The translations under genes and the position numbers were made by a program. Positions 35,809-45,857 of a stretch of DNA of 64,000 nucleotides are shown piece by piece. Every line of letters begins with the position of its first letter. The first letter of the stretch is position 1. The notes under the pieces are model-generated. The model was not told the DNA's origin, searched no databases, and saw only the letters and a list, made by a program, of their open reading frames with translations. The DNA is from Candidatus Pacebacteria bacterium CG_4_9_14_0_2_um_filter_40_15. GTDB taxonomy: Bacteria > Patescibacteriota > Microgenomatia > UBA1400 > PJMF01. The stretch spans positions 270-64,269 of the forward strand of contig PFRS01000007.1 of assembly GCA_002788675.1 (NCBI GenBank). Reading direction: 5' to 3'.

Positions 35809-36678
35809 TTATGAGTCTTGGGCTAATAATGCGGTTACCACATCAAGTAGTTCTGAGGTGATACTTGCTTGACGTGATTTATTGTATACGAGTCGAAGAT
35901 CAGACATCAACTCTCCAGCGTTCTCACTTGCATTCTTCATACTCACCATGCGAGCACTGTGTTCACTGGCACGTGCTTCAAGAAATGCCTGATACACACT
36001 GTTTTCCAGATAATAAGGCAGCAAGTTATTTAAAATAGCATGTGCACTAGGCTCAAAGATGTATTCAGCTTCATTTAGTTTATCAACAAGAGCTTCATTT
36101 TCGGCCTGAATTTTTGGTAGAGGTAATACCTGTTGTACACATACTTTTTGGACCAAGGTACTTACAAAGTCCATGTAGATGAGCGAAACTGATCTAAATT
36201 CTTGATCAAGGAATCCTTCACGAATGAGTGTACTAATGGCAATGGTGTCAGAAGAAGATACTTGGTCTGGTAGCTCAATAAACTGAGCGTAGAGCTCAAT
36301 GCCAGATATTCGAGCAAAACCAACTGATTTTTTACCAACAGCCACAACTTTCCCGTTGGGATGAGATTTAAGCCAACTTATTGTTTCTTTAAATAATGTT
36401 TGGTTTAAGCTTCCACAGAGACCTTTGTCAGTCGAGATGATCACGGCAATATCAACACCAGTATCGTGCTCGGTGAGCAGCGGGTGAACAGTTGTGCTTG
36501 AGGCCGCAGCGAGTGATTGAAGTGATGCGTTAAGGGCGTTGGTGTAAGGTCTAGTAGCTAAAGCGGCTGCTTGAGCACGACGCATTTTACTTGCAGAAAC
36601 CATCTCCATTGCTTTTGTAATCTTAGAGATATTACCGGCAGTCTTAATTCGCTGAACGATTTGTCGTGTATTCGGCAT
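35809..36678 (-). CDS. atpG: F1 ATP synthase gamma subunit
   Basis: KITKAMEMVSASK, DKGLCG, ASEHSARM, YNKSRQASIT. Confidence 0.97.
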   Translation of the reverse strand: MPNTRQIVQRIKTAGNISKITKAMEMVSASKMRRAQAAALATRPYTNALNASLQSLAAASSTTVHPLLTEHDTGVDIAVIISTDKGLCGSLNQTLFKETISWLKSHPNGKVVAVGKKSVGFARISGIELYAQFIELPDQVSSSDTIAISTLIREGFLDQEFRSVSLIYMDFVSTLVQKVCVQQVLPLPKIQAENEALVDKLNEAEYIFEPSAHAILNNLLPYYLENSVYQAFLEARASEHSARMVSMKNASENAGELMSDLRLVYNKSRQASITSELLDVVTALLAQDS

Positions 36679-36690
36679 ACAAGTCCGTTA

Positions 36691-38226
36691 CTACTCCTCT
36701 TCTGCTACTGGAACTAATTCGGTGTGAGTATCATTAAACACCTGAATGGCTGTCTTTAACTCTGCCTCGATTGCATCATTTAATTTTAATTCCTTAACAA
36801 GGTTTTCAAAAATTTGAGGATAAGAACTATGCATGTACTCTAAAAACTCTTTTTCCCACTTCTGCATGTCATCAATGGCTACTTTATCAAGATATCCTTT
36901 TACTGCTGAGTAGATTACAACGACTTGTTCTTCCATTTTTAAAGGAACATCCCAACCTTGTTTAAGGATCGCATTAACGTGTTCTCCTCTATCAAGAATA
37001 GATTTGGTTTTTTCATCCAAGTCAGAGCTAAATTGCGCAAATGCCTGAAGTTCTCTGAATTGAGCTAGATCAAGTTTCATAGTTCCAGCAACTTGCTTCA
37101 TTGCTTTTCTTTGTGCAGATGAACCAACACGAGATACTGACAGACCCACATTAATAGCTGGCTTCATACCTGCGTTAAAAAGGTCAGACTCTAGATAGAT
37201 TTGGCCATCAGTAATACTAATAACATTAGTAGGGATGTAGGCAGATACGTCGTTTGCTTGGGTTTCGATGATTGGAAGCGCTGTGACTGAGCCACCACCG
37301 TTCTTTTCATTCAAGCGACAAGCTCTTTCAAGCAGACGTGAGTGAAGATAAAAAACGTCACCAGGATATGCTTCGCGACCAGAAGGACGGCGGAGCAAGA
37401 GTGAAATTTCACGGTATGCTTGAGCGTGTTTGGTAAGATCGTCAAAAATAATAAGTACGTCTTCACCCTGTGCTAAAAAGAATTCTGCAATTGCTTGACC
37501 AGAATATGGTGCTAAAAATTGCTCAGCAGCTGTTGAAGAAGCTGTGGCTGAAACAATAGTTGTATATTCCATTGCCCCACGGTCTTCAAGCATTTTAATT
37601 GTTTGTGCAAGTGATGATCGTTTTTGGCCAATACAGACATAGACACACTTCACGTTTTGATCAGCTTGATTTAAGATAGTGCCAAGTGCTACAGCAGTTT
37701 TACCTGTTGAACGGTCTCCGATAATAAGTTCACGCTGTCCTCTACCAACTGGAATCATGGCATCAATCGCTTTTATACCAGTCTGAAGTGGTATAGATAC
37801 TGATTGTCGTGGCATAATACCTGGCGCTTTTTGTTCGAGAAGCATATATTTTTGAACGGGAAAATCGCCTTTACCATCAACCGGTTGACCAAGAGCATCA
37901 ACAACTCTACCTAAGATAGCGTCAGATGCACCAATGGAGAGAATACGGCCAGTTCTTTTTACTGTTTGGCCTGCAGATAGATGTGAAGCGTCTCCGAGTA
38001 CAACAATACCTGTTTTTTCTTTTTCAAGGTTGAGTGTGAGTCCAAACTCGCCTGAACCTAAGTCAATAAGTTCTCCTGATTGAACATCATCGAGTCCAGT
38101 GACAGTAACAACTCCATCTCCAAAGGAGAGAACGGTTCCTACAGCCTCAGCTTCTGTGACTACATCTAGATTAGAAATAATCTTCGAAATTGATGTGCTA
38201 AATTCCTTTTGTGTATTCTTTTTCAT
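36691..38226 (-). CDS. atpA: F1 ATP synthase alpha subunit
   Basis: GRGQRELIIGDRSTGKT, GREAYPGDVFYLHSRLLERA. Confidence 0.98.
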   Translation of the reverse strand: MKKNTQKEFSTSISKIISNLDVVTEAEAVGTVLSFGDGVVTVTGLDDVQSGELIDLGSGEFGLTLNLEKEKTGIVVLGDASHLSAGQTVKRTGRILSIGASDAILGRVVDALGQPVDGKGDFPVQKYMLLEQKAPGIMPRQSVSIPLQTGIKAIDAMIPVGRGQRELIIGDRSTGKTAVALGTILNQADQNVKCVYVCIGQKRSSLAQTIKMLEDRGAMEYTTIVSATASSTAAEQFLAPYSGQAIAEFFLAQGEDVLIIFDDLTKHAQAYREISLLLRRPSGREAYPGDVFYLHSRLLERACRLNEKNGGGSVTALPIIETQANDVSAYIPTNVISITDGQIYLESDLFNAGMKPAINVGLSVSRVGSSAQRKAMKQVAGTMKLDLAQFRELQAFAQFSSDLDEKTKSILDRGEHVNAILKQGWDVPLKMEEQVVVIYSAVKGYLDKVAIDDMQKWEKEFLEYMHSSYPQIFENLVKELKLNDAIEAELKTAIQVFNDTHTELVPVAEEE

Positions 38227-38245
38227 GGATCTCTGCTTTCAATTC

Positions 38246-38485
38246 TTACAACTGACTCATAAGTTGAGACTTGAGCTTGGTTAGCTTTCCTGTGATGGTG
38301 CCATCATACTCGACTGAATTAATAGTGAGTTTAATACCACCAATAAGGGCTGGGTCAACAACTTTTTCGATAGTTACAGACGAAACTGCATGTTTCTGTT
38401 TTATAGCTGCGATAATGTCTTTTTCTTGAGCTGGGCTCAACTGGACAGCCGTGGAAACTGTAACGGTAAGTTCTGTACTTTTCAT
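38246..38485 (-). CDS. atpH: ATP synthase delta subunit, C-terminal domain only (79 aa)
   Basis: VTVSTAVQL...VDPALIGG...YDGTI between atpF and atpA. Confidence 0.85.
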   Translation of the reverse strand: MKSTELTVTVSTAVQLSPAQEKDIIAAIKQKHAVSSVTIEKVVDPALIGGIKLTINSVEYDGTITGKLTKLKSQLMSQL

Positions 38486-38490
38486 AGTAT

Positions 38491-38976
38491 TTATAATGCC
38501 TTAATGATTTTCTTAAGTTCGCTGTCAATGAGTTGAGATGCTGCTTTTTTATCAAGAGCATCACCAATTACTTTTTCAGAAATCGAAAGAATTGATTCAG
38601 CCATATCTTTTTCAGCTTTCTTAAAAAGCATTGCTTTTTCGTTTTCCCATTGAGTTTTAAGTTCAGCAATTTCAACTTTTGCTTGAGCTTTTGCATCTGA
38701 GATTATTGTATCTCTGCGTTCTCCTGCTTCTGTTTGTGCATCCTTAATAACTTTGTTTCGCTCTTTTTTGAGCTCTGATTCTACTATTTTTTGTCGTTTC
38801 TCAATTTCACTGTAAGCTTTTTGTGCTTTGACGGCAGCTCTTTCTCCTTCGGCTATACGTTTCGATCTTTCATCAAAGATTTTAAGTACTGGCTTGTAGA
38901 GTAAGAAACTAACAGCACCAACAACTACAGAAAAGTTGATTATCTGAAAGAGAATCTGTGTAAGTTGTATATCCAT
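38491..38976 (-). CDS. atpF: F0 ATP synthase b subunit
   Basis: QIINF..LYKPV..DER TM anchor followed by coiled coil. Confidence 0.92.
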   Translation of the reverse strand: MDIQLTQILFQIINFSVVVGAVSFLLYKPVLKIFDERSKRIAEGERAAVKAQKAYSEIEKRQKIVESELKKERNKVIKDAQTEAGERRDTIISDAKAQAKVEIAELKTQWENEKAMLFKKAEKDMAESILSISEKVIGDALDKKAASQLIDSELKKIIKAL

Positions 38977-39012
38977 ACTATTTCCTTTTCGTGTTTCTGT
39001 TTCTAAAGTGTA

Positions 39013-39243
<231 letters not shown>

Positions 39244-40194
39244 TTAATGTTGTTCATGGCTTTGGGTAGCCATATTAAAAAATACTAATGATAACATTGC
39301 GAATACGAGAGCTTGGATGAATCCAACAAAGATCTCGAGACCATAAAATGGCATTGGTGCGATAATTGGTAACAGTGCTGAAATAACTACCAAGAGAACT
39401 TCACCTGCAAAGATGTTTCCAAAGAGACGGAAGGCAAATGAAATGATTTTGGCAAATTCTGAAATAATTTCCAAGAATCCAACAAATGTCATAATTGGAT
39501 TTGAGAAATTAATATATTTTTTAAAGTAACTCAAACCCAATGCCTGAACACCAAATACTTGAGTCATAAAGACTGAGACAATAGCGAGTGCAAGTGTTGT
39601 GTTGAGGTCGGCTGTTCCAGGACGAAGGAATGGTACAAATTTTGTTTTTGCTTCTCCGTGAGCTGATTCTTCCTTATATTCAGATTCAGCAGCAGGTTCT
39701 TGGTGTGCTTCTTCTATAGTTACTTCTTCGTTTGTGTCAACTAATTCTACCTCAGTGTGGGTAGTAGCATCTATCTCTACTGGTTCAGTAACCGCATATG
39801 TTTGTGTAACTAAACTACTAGCATGTTCTTCAATTTCAGTGGATTCAACTTCCTCTTGCAAGCCAATAGTTCCAACTCCAGGCAATAAACCAAGCCAGTT
39901 ATTAAGCAAAATCCAAATGAGGAATGTACCGACAAATGGTAAAAAAAGACGGGTCTTTTTTAAGTCACCCGTTACGCCGTGTACTAAGTTGTGGAGAGAT
40001 TCGATAATCCATTCAGCAAAATTCTGAAGGCCTCTCGGGTTTGATGTGTCCTTAAGTTTAAGGTTAACCATCAAAGCGAAAGCGATGATAAGTCCACTGA
40101 CAATTAGACTTGTGAGCATTGAATTGGTGATAGAAATACCACCGATTGTGAGAAGTGTCTCAGCAGAAATTGAGATGTGTAGTCCTGCAGCCAT
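39244..40194 (-). CDS. atpB: F0 ATP synthase a subunit with acidic insertion
   Basis: NWLGLLPG, TADLNTT, SFAFRLFGNIFAGE, FIQALVF; start MAAGL. Confidence 0.95.
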   Translation of the reverse strand: MAAGLHISISAETLLTIGGISITNSMLTSLIVSGLIIAFALMVNLKLKDTSNPRGLQNFAEWIIESLHNLVHGVTGDLKKTRLFLPFVGTFLIWILLNNWLGLLPGVGTIGLQEEVESTEIEEHASSLVTQTYAVTEPVEIDATTHTEVELVDTNEEVTIEEAHQEPAAESEYKEESAHGEAKTKFVPFLRPGTADLNTTLALAIVSVFMTQVFGVQALGLSYFKKYINFSNPIMTFVGFLEIISEFAKIISFAFRLFGNIFAGEVLLVVISALLPIIAPMPFYGLEIFVGFIQALVFAMLSLVFFNMATQSHEQH

Positions 40195-40336
40195 GGTTTG
40201 ATCTTTTCTATGTTTACTACTTAATTTCACAAAAAAAGAACAACAGACACATTATGTGTTTATTTGTATGTAATGTGTATGTCGGTCAGACAATTTGAAT
40301 TATATCGTTCTTTTCGGGTAGAACAAGGGACAAAAT

Positions 40337-42253
40337 CTACTCTGATAGCACTATTACAAAGTCATAGGCGCTTGCTGTGTCTTCTTGTTCTTTATTTTCT
40401 AAATCTAATTCAAATGTTAAATTTGTTGCTTTTTCGATGTATTCTTTCAGTCCAGGCATTTCTTCATCAACTAAAATAAAGTTGCCTTCTTCATACTCAC
40501 CTTTAGCATTTGCCGCATCGACATCATCAAAGTCGGCGTCGGTTAAGTCTGTTTTGATAGTGCCTGCATACCCGGCTTTTGTTGTAGCATTTACGATGAG
40601 TACAGAGTATCCCGTTGTTGGGTCAAACTTAACAATTTCTTGTATTTCTGCTGATTCTGTAGCCTCTGGTTCCGGTGACTGAGTTTCAACAACAACTGGA
40701 GTAGCCTCATTTTGAGTATCCTGTTGGGTTACTTTTAGAAGTCCTAATCCAACTCCAACACCTACAGCAACAGTTGCGAAAAATACGGCGAGAGTTATGA
40801 AAACCATTTTCATCATAGTACCAACTCCAGAACTATTTTTTATAACATTTGATGTTTTTTTTGAATTTTTTGCTGTTTCCGATTTTGTAGTGTCGCCACC
40901 GTCTATTGAAAACTTGCGTAAATCAATTGAATCTGCATCGTAAAGTGAACTATCTGTTGAGAGTTCTTTTTCTTCAGCTGTTGTTTCTATTTCATCAGAC
41001 ATTTCTGTGTCCTCCTCTGGTTCAGTCACTTTAGAAGTACTTTTAGATTCTTCAACGTGGTTGGTATCAGGTTCTTTGGTTTCAAGCGTATCACTGTTAC
41101 TATCTATTTTACTATTCTCATCTGATGTTTCCGGTTCCTCAGGTTTGACTTCTACTGAAGCTAGTTCATCTTTTGTATCTGTCTGGTTCTGTTCTTCAAT
41201 GGATATATTAGATGTATCTACTGAGAGGTCTAAGTGTTTAATCTGACTCAGAGCTGCGGTTGTTGTGGCTGAGGCATCAGGAAGAGTTGGAGTAGGAAGA
41301 GTATCAGTTGTATTCGTATCTTTTGTTTCTACTTCTTCAGAATCCTCTTCTGTGTCTCTTTCCTGGGCTCCTTGTGTTAATGCTTCGATTGTTTTTTCGT
41401 CCTCAGCGGTTGCTTTTTCAATTTCAAATGAAGGTGCCAGATAATCTGGAATTGAGAGAGTCTTCATGCCAGACTCAATAATATATTTAATGTAAGATGG
41501 CATCTTTGCATCTTCTTCTTTAAATGATGCCAGCTGTTGTATAGGAAGTATCGATTTGAGTTTATCTGTTAATTCTTCTTCTACAATTGCGTTTGAAAGC
41601 AAGTAGATGGTTTGAATGCTTGGTTCTCCACCTTTGAGTGTTTTAATTGTCTCAATTATATTTGAAATTTCATCAAGCTCCGCAACAGTCGTTTGGTCAA
41701 TACCAATGTAGTGAAGTGATGAATATAATTTACTACCGACTTGAAGAATACTAATACTTGGTTCAAGAGAGATGATAGATTTAGCACTCCAACTTAACGC
41801 AGTGACACCTTCAAAACTGACGTCATGATTTTTAGCGCTGACTCTAATTGGAGCTAAGAGACTTTTTTCAATCGCACTAATCTGCACTTTTGATTCGCCT
41901 TTGAACTGGTTGAGTACGAAAGTATTTACATAGTGAGAGTCTGTTGTTAATCCAAGTGATGGAAGCAATTTTTCTTTGAGATGTACTATTACAGCTTTTT
42001 CATCAGTTTCTTTTACAGAGACGATTGTGTCAGTAAAAAGAAAATCTGGAAGAATGAGTGATGTGAAGTTTTCTCCCTTAAATTTACTAAAGAGTTTATC
42101 TACATTTTCAGGCAAAAATTCTGTATCATCTAGAAATTCTCCATTTACTTGACGGAATGACTGCACGGCAAAGGTGAATTCTTTTTTTGTCGGAAGTAAT
42201 TCTGCAAAGTAAGTGACGTCTGGAAGTATATAAAGTAGTTTATTGCTTGGCAT
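40337..42253 (-). CDS. membrane protein: PilM/GspL-like cytoplasmic domain, acidic linker, TM helix, LytR_C domain
   Basis: Single TM (VFITLAVFFATVAVGVGVGLGLL); C-terminal VLIVNATTKAGYAG..ANA..DFVIVL typical of LytR_C; N-terminal assignment tentative. Confidence 0.65.
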   Translation of the reverse strand: MPSNKLLYILPDVTYFAELLPTKKEFTFAVQSFRQVNGEFLDDTEFLPENVDKLFSKFKGENFTSLILPDFLFTDTIVSVKETDEKAVIVHLKEKLLPSLGLTTDSHYVNTFVLNQFKGESKVQISAIEKSLLAPIRVSAKNHDVSFEGVTALSWSAKSIISLEPSISILQVGSKLYSSLHYIGIDQTTVAELDEISNIIETIKTLKGGEPSIQTIYLLSNAIVEEELTDKLKSILPIQQLASFKEEDAKMPSYIKYIIESGMKTLSIPDYLAPSFEIEKATAEDEKTIEALTQGAQERDTEEDSEEVETKDTNTTDTLPTPTLPDASATTTAALSQIKHLDLSVDTSNISIEEQNQTDTKDELASVEVKPEEPETSDENSKIDSNSDTLETKEPDTNHVEESKSTSKVTEPEEDTEMSDEIETTAEEKELSTDSSLYDADSIDLRKFSIDGGDTTKSETAKNSKKTSNVIKNSSGVGTMMKMVFITLAVFFATVAVGVGVGLGLLKVTQQDTQNEATPVVVETQSPEPEATESAEIQEIVKFDPTTGYSVLIVNATTKAGYAGTIKTDLTDADFDDVDAANAKGEYEEGNFILVDEEMPGLKEYIEKATNLTFELDLENKEQEDTASAYDFVIVLSE

Positions 42254-42458
42254 GCTGTTGAAAATCCTTACACATAGTATCTATAATTTTCGTGTTAATT
42301 TCAAGTGTATTTATAGTATTCATTAAGATACATAGTTTATAGTGTTATATATGTGCTTTAAAATTCGCCTCTGTGCTCAAGAGACGCTGCTGTCTTGGTA
42401 CTTTTCTATTCTTTGATTTTGAGATAAAATACTCCAGTTCTTATTAATGAAGAAAAGT

Positions 42459-42532
42459 GGGTCCGTAGCTCAGTCGGTTAGAGCGACAGCCTTTTAAGCT
42501 GTGCGTCCCGGGTTCGAGTCCCGGCGGACCCA
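42459..42532 (+). tRNA. tRNA-Lys(TTT)
   Basis: GGGTCCG/CGGACCC acceptor, anticodon loop CTTTTAA, GGTTCGAGTCC. Confidence 0.95.
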
Positions 42533-42546
42533 CCCAGCATTCCACC

Positions 42547-43074
42547 TCAGGTGGATTTTTTTGTAGCAATCAGGCTTAGTATACTTATTGCTTGTGAAGT
42601 GAGCATTTTTTCAAGTACATCTAGCGTTGCTCTGCTTTGTTCAACAACTGAGTCTTCAAGATTTATATACACATCGTGGTTTGCAATTCGTTGAATTGTA
42701 GTATAAAAATGTGTTGATTCCCCTATATATGTCGCAACTCTATCAAGAATACGAGCGAGAGTTTCTGCTTGAAGCAGGTATTTTGCAGCTTCCTGGGGCT
42801 TGTTTAGGGCATCATACATTGTTAGGTCTAAATGTACCTGTCGGGTGAAGCTTTCTAGTCTCTGTTCCAAATACACGGTTTCTGCTGAAAGAGTAATTAT
42901 TTCTAGTGAGCTCTCAACAGTAAAGTCATGTTCAGATATTGATTCAGCTGATAGTAGCAAAAACAATAGATGTAAGTTTTTGAAGACTGTATTTCTAACG
43001 GTAACAACGTCTAAAGAATCTATCTTATTTTTTAAACCTTGTATATTAAGTGATCGTTCTTGTTCTTTTTGCAT
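42547..43074 (-). CDS. hypothetical helical protein
   Basis: Start MQKEQ 9 nt after TACAAT; no motif recognised. Confidence 0.65.
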   Translation of the reverse strand: MQKEQERSLNIQGLKNKIDSLDVVTVRNTVFKNLHLLFLLLSAESISEHDFTVESSLEIITLSAETVYLEQRLESFTRQVHLDLTMYDALNKPQEAAKYLLQAETLARILDRVATYIGESTHFYTTIQRIANHDVYINLEDSVVEQSRATLDVLEKMLTSQAISILSLIATKKST

Positions 43075-43156
43075 CGTGCGACATTGTAATACTCGACTAC
43101 AGAGAAAGCAATGTCGCTTTGTAACAATTGCAGTGACGTGTACAATAGGGCACATC

Positions 43157-44002
43157 ATGCCAGAATTACCAGAAGTTGAAACGGTAGTGCGTAGACTACA
43201 AGAAGTTTTGCCAGGAAAGCAATTGGCAAATCTAATTGTTCACAAGGAAAAATCCTTTGAAGGTACCGTTAAAGATTGTCTTGGTGGCACTATCACTGAT
43301 ATCTCAAGAAAAGCGAAGCTTATTAGAATTCATTTAAACAATGAAATGAGTTTTTTGGTTCATCTTAAGATGACAGGTCAATTGATTTATGTTGACGGAG
43401 AAACTCGGTTTGGTGGCGGGCACCCGACTGCAGATTGGGTTGAGTCACTTCCCAGTGGACACACGCGGATTACTTTTGATTTTGGTGATGGCTCATTTCT
43501 CTTCTTTAATGATCAACGTATTTTTGGCTGGGTTCGATTGCTAACTGCAACAGAAGTGCAACATGAGTTTTCTAAATATGCTCCTGATGTGATTGATGAA
43601 GTAATTTCAACACACTATCTTTGGCAGCACGTTCTGAAGACAAATAGAGTCATTAAATCTGTGTTATTAGATTCCAAAATTATGAGTGGATTAGGAAATA
43701 TTTATGTATGTGATGCACTTAACTTGGCTCAAATAAGCCCGTATCGAAGAGCTACAACACTTTCATATTCAGAAACTGAACGATTACTTGATGCTTCAAA
43801 AGCTGTTTTGGAAAAAGGTATTACATTGGGTGGTGCTACTATTGAACATTTTCGACATGTGGATGGATTTTCTGGAGATTACCAAAAAGAGGTTCTTGTG
43901 TATGGTCGTGAAGGTGAAGCTTGTTTTAATTGTGGAGCAAAAATAATTAAAGAAAAAATTGCCGGCCGAGGAACCTATTTCTGTCCGGCTTGTCAAATAT
44001 AA
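43157..44002 (+). CDS. mutM: formamidopyrimidine-DNA glycosylase
   Basis: MPELPEVE N-terminus, HLKMTG, GLGNIY, C-terminal C4 zinc finger RGTYFCPACQ. Confidence 0.97.
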   Translation: MPELPEVETVVRRLQEVLPGKQLANLIVHKEKSFEGTVKDCLGGTITDISRKAKLIRIHLNNEMSFLVHLKMTGQLIYVDGETRFGGGHPTADWVESLPSGHTRITFDFGDGSFLFFNDQRIFGWVRLLTATEVQHEFSKYAPDVIDEVISTHYLWQHVLKTNRVIKSVLLDSKIMSGLGNIYVCDALNLAQISPYRRATTLSYSETERLLDASKAVLEKGITLGGATIEHFRHVDGFSGDYQKEVLVYGREGEACFNCGAKIIKEKIAGRGTYFCPACQI

Positions 44003-44022
44003 CTGTTTTGTTAGAGCAGCGT

Positions 44023-44961
44023 TCAAAGTTCATCGAGTACTAATGCAACTGCGGCTTCAGCTGTAAGCTCATATTTCTTAAGCAGTTCTCTATCTGGTCC
44101 TGATTCTCCAAAGGTATCGAGCATTCCCATTCGATGCAGCGGTGGATGATGAGACAGTTCAGAAAGCACCTCAGCAATTGCAGATCCTAGTCCTCCAGTG
44201 ATTTGGTGTTCTTCCATCGAGATAAGTAGTTTTTTTTGTTGTACTAACTCTAGAATCGAGAATCGATCGAACGGTTTAATCGTGTGCATATTCAGTACTT
44301 CGACACTAATAGAATACTTCTCAAGCAATTCAGCGGCTCTGAGTGCTTCAGAAACCATTGTTCCACAGGCAATTATAGCTACAGTGTTGCCTTGACGTAG
44401 TGTGGTTGCTCTACCAAGTTCAAAAGTCGCTGACTCAGTTGTGACAGCGTTAGTTGGAAATTTTCCAATACGAAGGTATGCTGGCCCGTGATGTTCAATG
44501 ATTGCATGAGTTGCTTTTTTTGCTTCTTGGTAATCTGCCGGTACAACCACAATCATGTTTGGCAGCGTTCTCATAAGGGCAATGTCTTCTAGGGCTTGAT
44601 GCGTTGCCCCGTCTGGTCCAGTAGATATCCCAGCATGCCCGCCGATAATTTTGACATTTGTTTTTGAATAACAGACTGAAGTCCTAATCGGACCCATCGC
44701 GTTTTGAGGGTTGAAGACTGCATAGCTACAGGCAACAGGAATTTTTCCAGCTAGCGCAAGACCCGCAGCAGCTCCAACCATATTTTCTTCGGCAACACCC
44801 ATCTCGAAAAAACGATCTGGAAAAGTTTGGGCAAAAGCATCAAGCCGCATTGATTCTCTTAAGTCTGCAGTCAGAGCTACAACGGCTGAGTTTTTTGTTG
44901 CTGCTTCGACTAATGCTTCGCCGAAACCATCTCTAGTGGTTTTATTGTTTTCTTTTGCCAT
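44023..44961 (-). CDS. transketolase, C-terminal subunit
   Basis: GVAEENMVG, GPDGATHQALED, EEHQITGGLG. Confidence 0.95.
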   Translation of the reverse strand: MAKENNKTTRDGFGEALVEAATKNSAVVALTADLRESMRLDAFAQTFPDRFFEMGVAEENMVGAAAGLALAGKIPVACSYAVFNPQNAMGPIRTSVCYSKTNVKIIGGHAGISTGPDGATHQALEDIALMRTLPNMIVVVPADYQEAKKATHAIIEHHGPAYLRIGKFPTNAVTTESATFELGRATTLRQGNTVAIIACGTMVSEALRAAELLEKYSISVEVLNMHTIKPFDRFSILELVQQKKLLISMEEHQITGGLGSAIAEVLSELSHHPPLHRMGMLDTFGESGPDRELLKKYELTAEAAVALVLDEL

Positions 44962-44963
44962 AG

Positions 44964-45791
44964 TTATGTGAGCTCTTCTAGAGCACGTTGTAATTCTGAT
45001 TCTGTAGGTGGTTTACCATGCCAGGTAAAATCATTCTCAATAAAACTGACCCCTTTACCGGGTGTTGTATTGCATATAATTGCCGTAGGCTGATCAGATT
45101 CTTGGGCATCTGACACGGCATTCTCAATTGCTGAATATGAGTGCCCGTCAATAGTTATCGTATTCCAACCAAAGGCTCGAATTTTTTCATCGAGTGGGTT
45201 AATGGGAAGAACTTGGTCTGTGGTGCCCCCAATTTGAATGTTATTTCTGTCAATAAAAACAGTAATGTTTGATAATGAGTGACTACCTGCGTACATATAT
45301 GCCTCCCATGTTTGGCCTTCTTGTTGCTCACCGTCGCTGAGTATGCAAAAGACATGATTCGTTTTTTTGTCTAATTGAAATGCCATTGCCAAACCAATTG
45401 CTTGGGATAGACCTTGTCCCAGTGGTCCAGAAGAAATTTCGATTCCAGGTAGTGAATGCAAATGTGGATGCCCTTGTAATCGTGAGTTTATATCACGGAG
45501 TGTTGCTAGTTCTGACAGAGGAAAGTATCCCCTTTCAGCCAACGTTGCATACAGCACAGGACAGATGTGACCTGCAGAAAGGAGCACATAGTCTCTTTCT
45601 GGCCAGCTGGGGTTATCAGCTTTTTGCTCTGCGAGTTTAAAATATAAACTTACAAACACCTCAACCATGCCAAGAGCTCCAGCGGTATGTCCACTGCCAG
45701 CTTCAGTCAACATAGTAAGAATTGACCGTCGAATTGATCGTGCATGGAGTGATAAATCTTCGTTTGATGGTGATGTTGTGATGCTGTTCAT
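44964..45791 (-). CDS. transketolase, N-terminal (TPP-binding) subunit
   Basis: GSGH, LSAGH, LQGHP, SDGEQQEGQTWEA, WHGK. Confidence 0.95.
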   Translation of the reverse strand: MNSITTSPSNEDLSLHARSIRRSILTMLTEAGSGHTAGALGMVEVFVSLYFKLAEQKADNPSWPERDYVLLSAGHICPVLYATLAERGYFPLSELATLRDINSRLQGHPHLHSLPGIEISSGPLGQGLSQAIGLAMAFQLDKKTNHVFCILSDGEQQEGQTWEAYMYAGSHSLSNITVFIDRNNIQIGGTTDQVLPINPLDEKIRAFGWNTITIDGHSYSAIENAVSDAQESDQPTAIICNTTPGKGVSFIENDFTWHGKPPTESELQRALEELT

Positions 45792-45857
45792 GGGCGGTAT
45801 CTATATAGTGTACTGGCTTAATGAGGGGGCTGTAAAGATCAATGATACAATGCCAAC

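Noticed and set aside
42800-43156. Cys-rich 119-aa N-terminal extension of MutM
   Set aside because: MutM needs Pro2 at its N-terminus (MPELPEVE at 43157); the extension is the antisense shadow of the neighbouring gene
44023-45791. Split transketolase as a pseudogene or frameshift
   Set aside because: Two-subunit transketolases are common; both halves have intact motifs and proper starts
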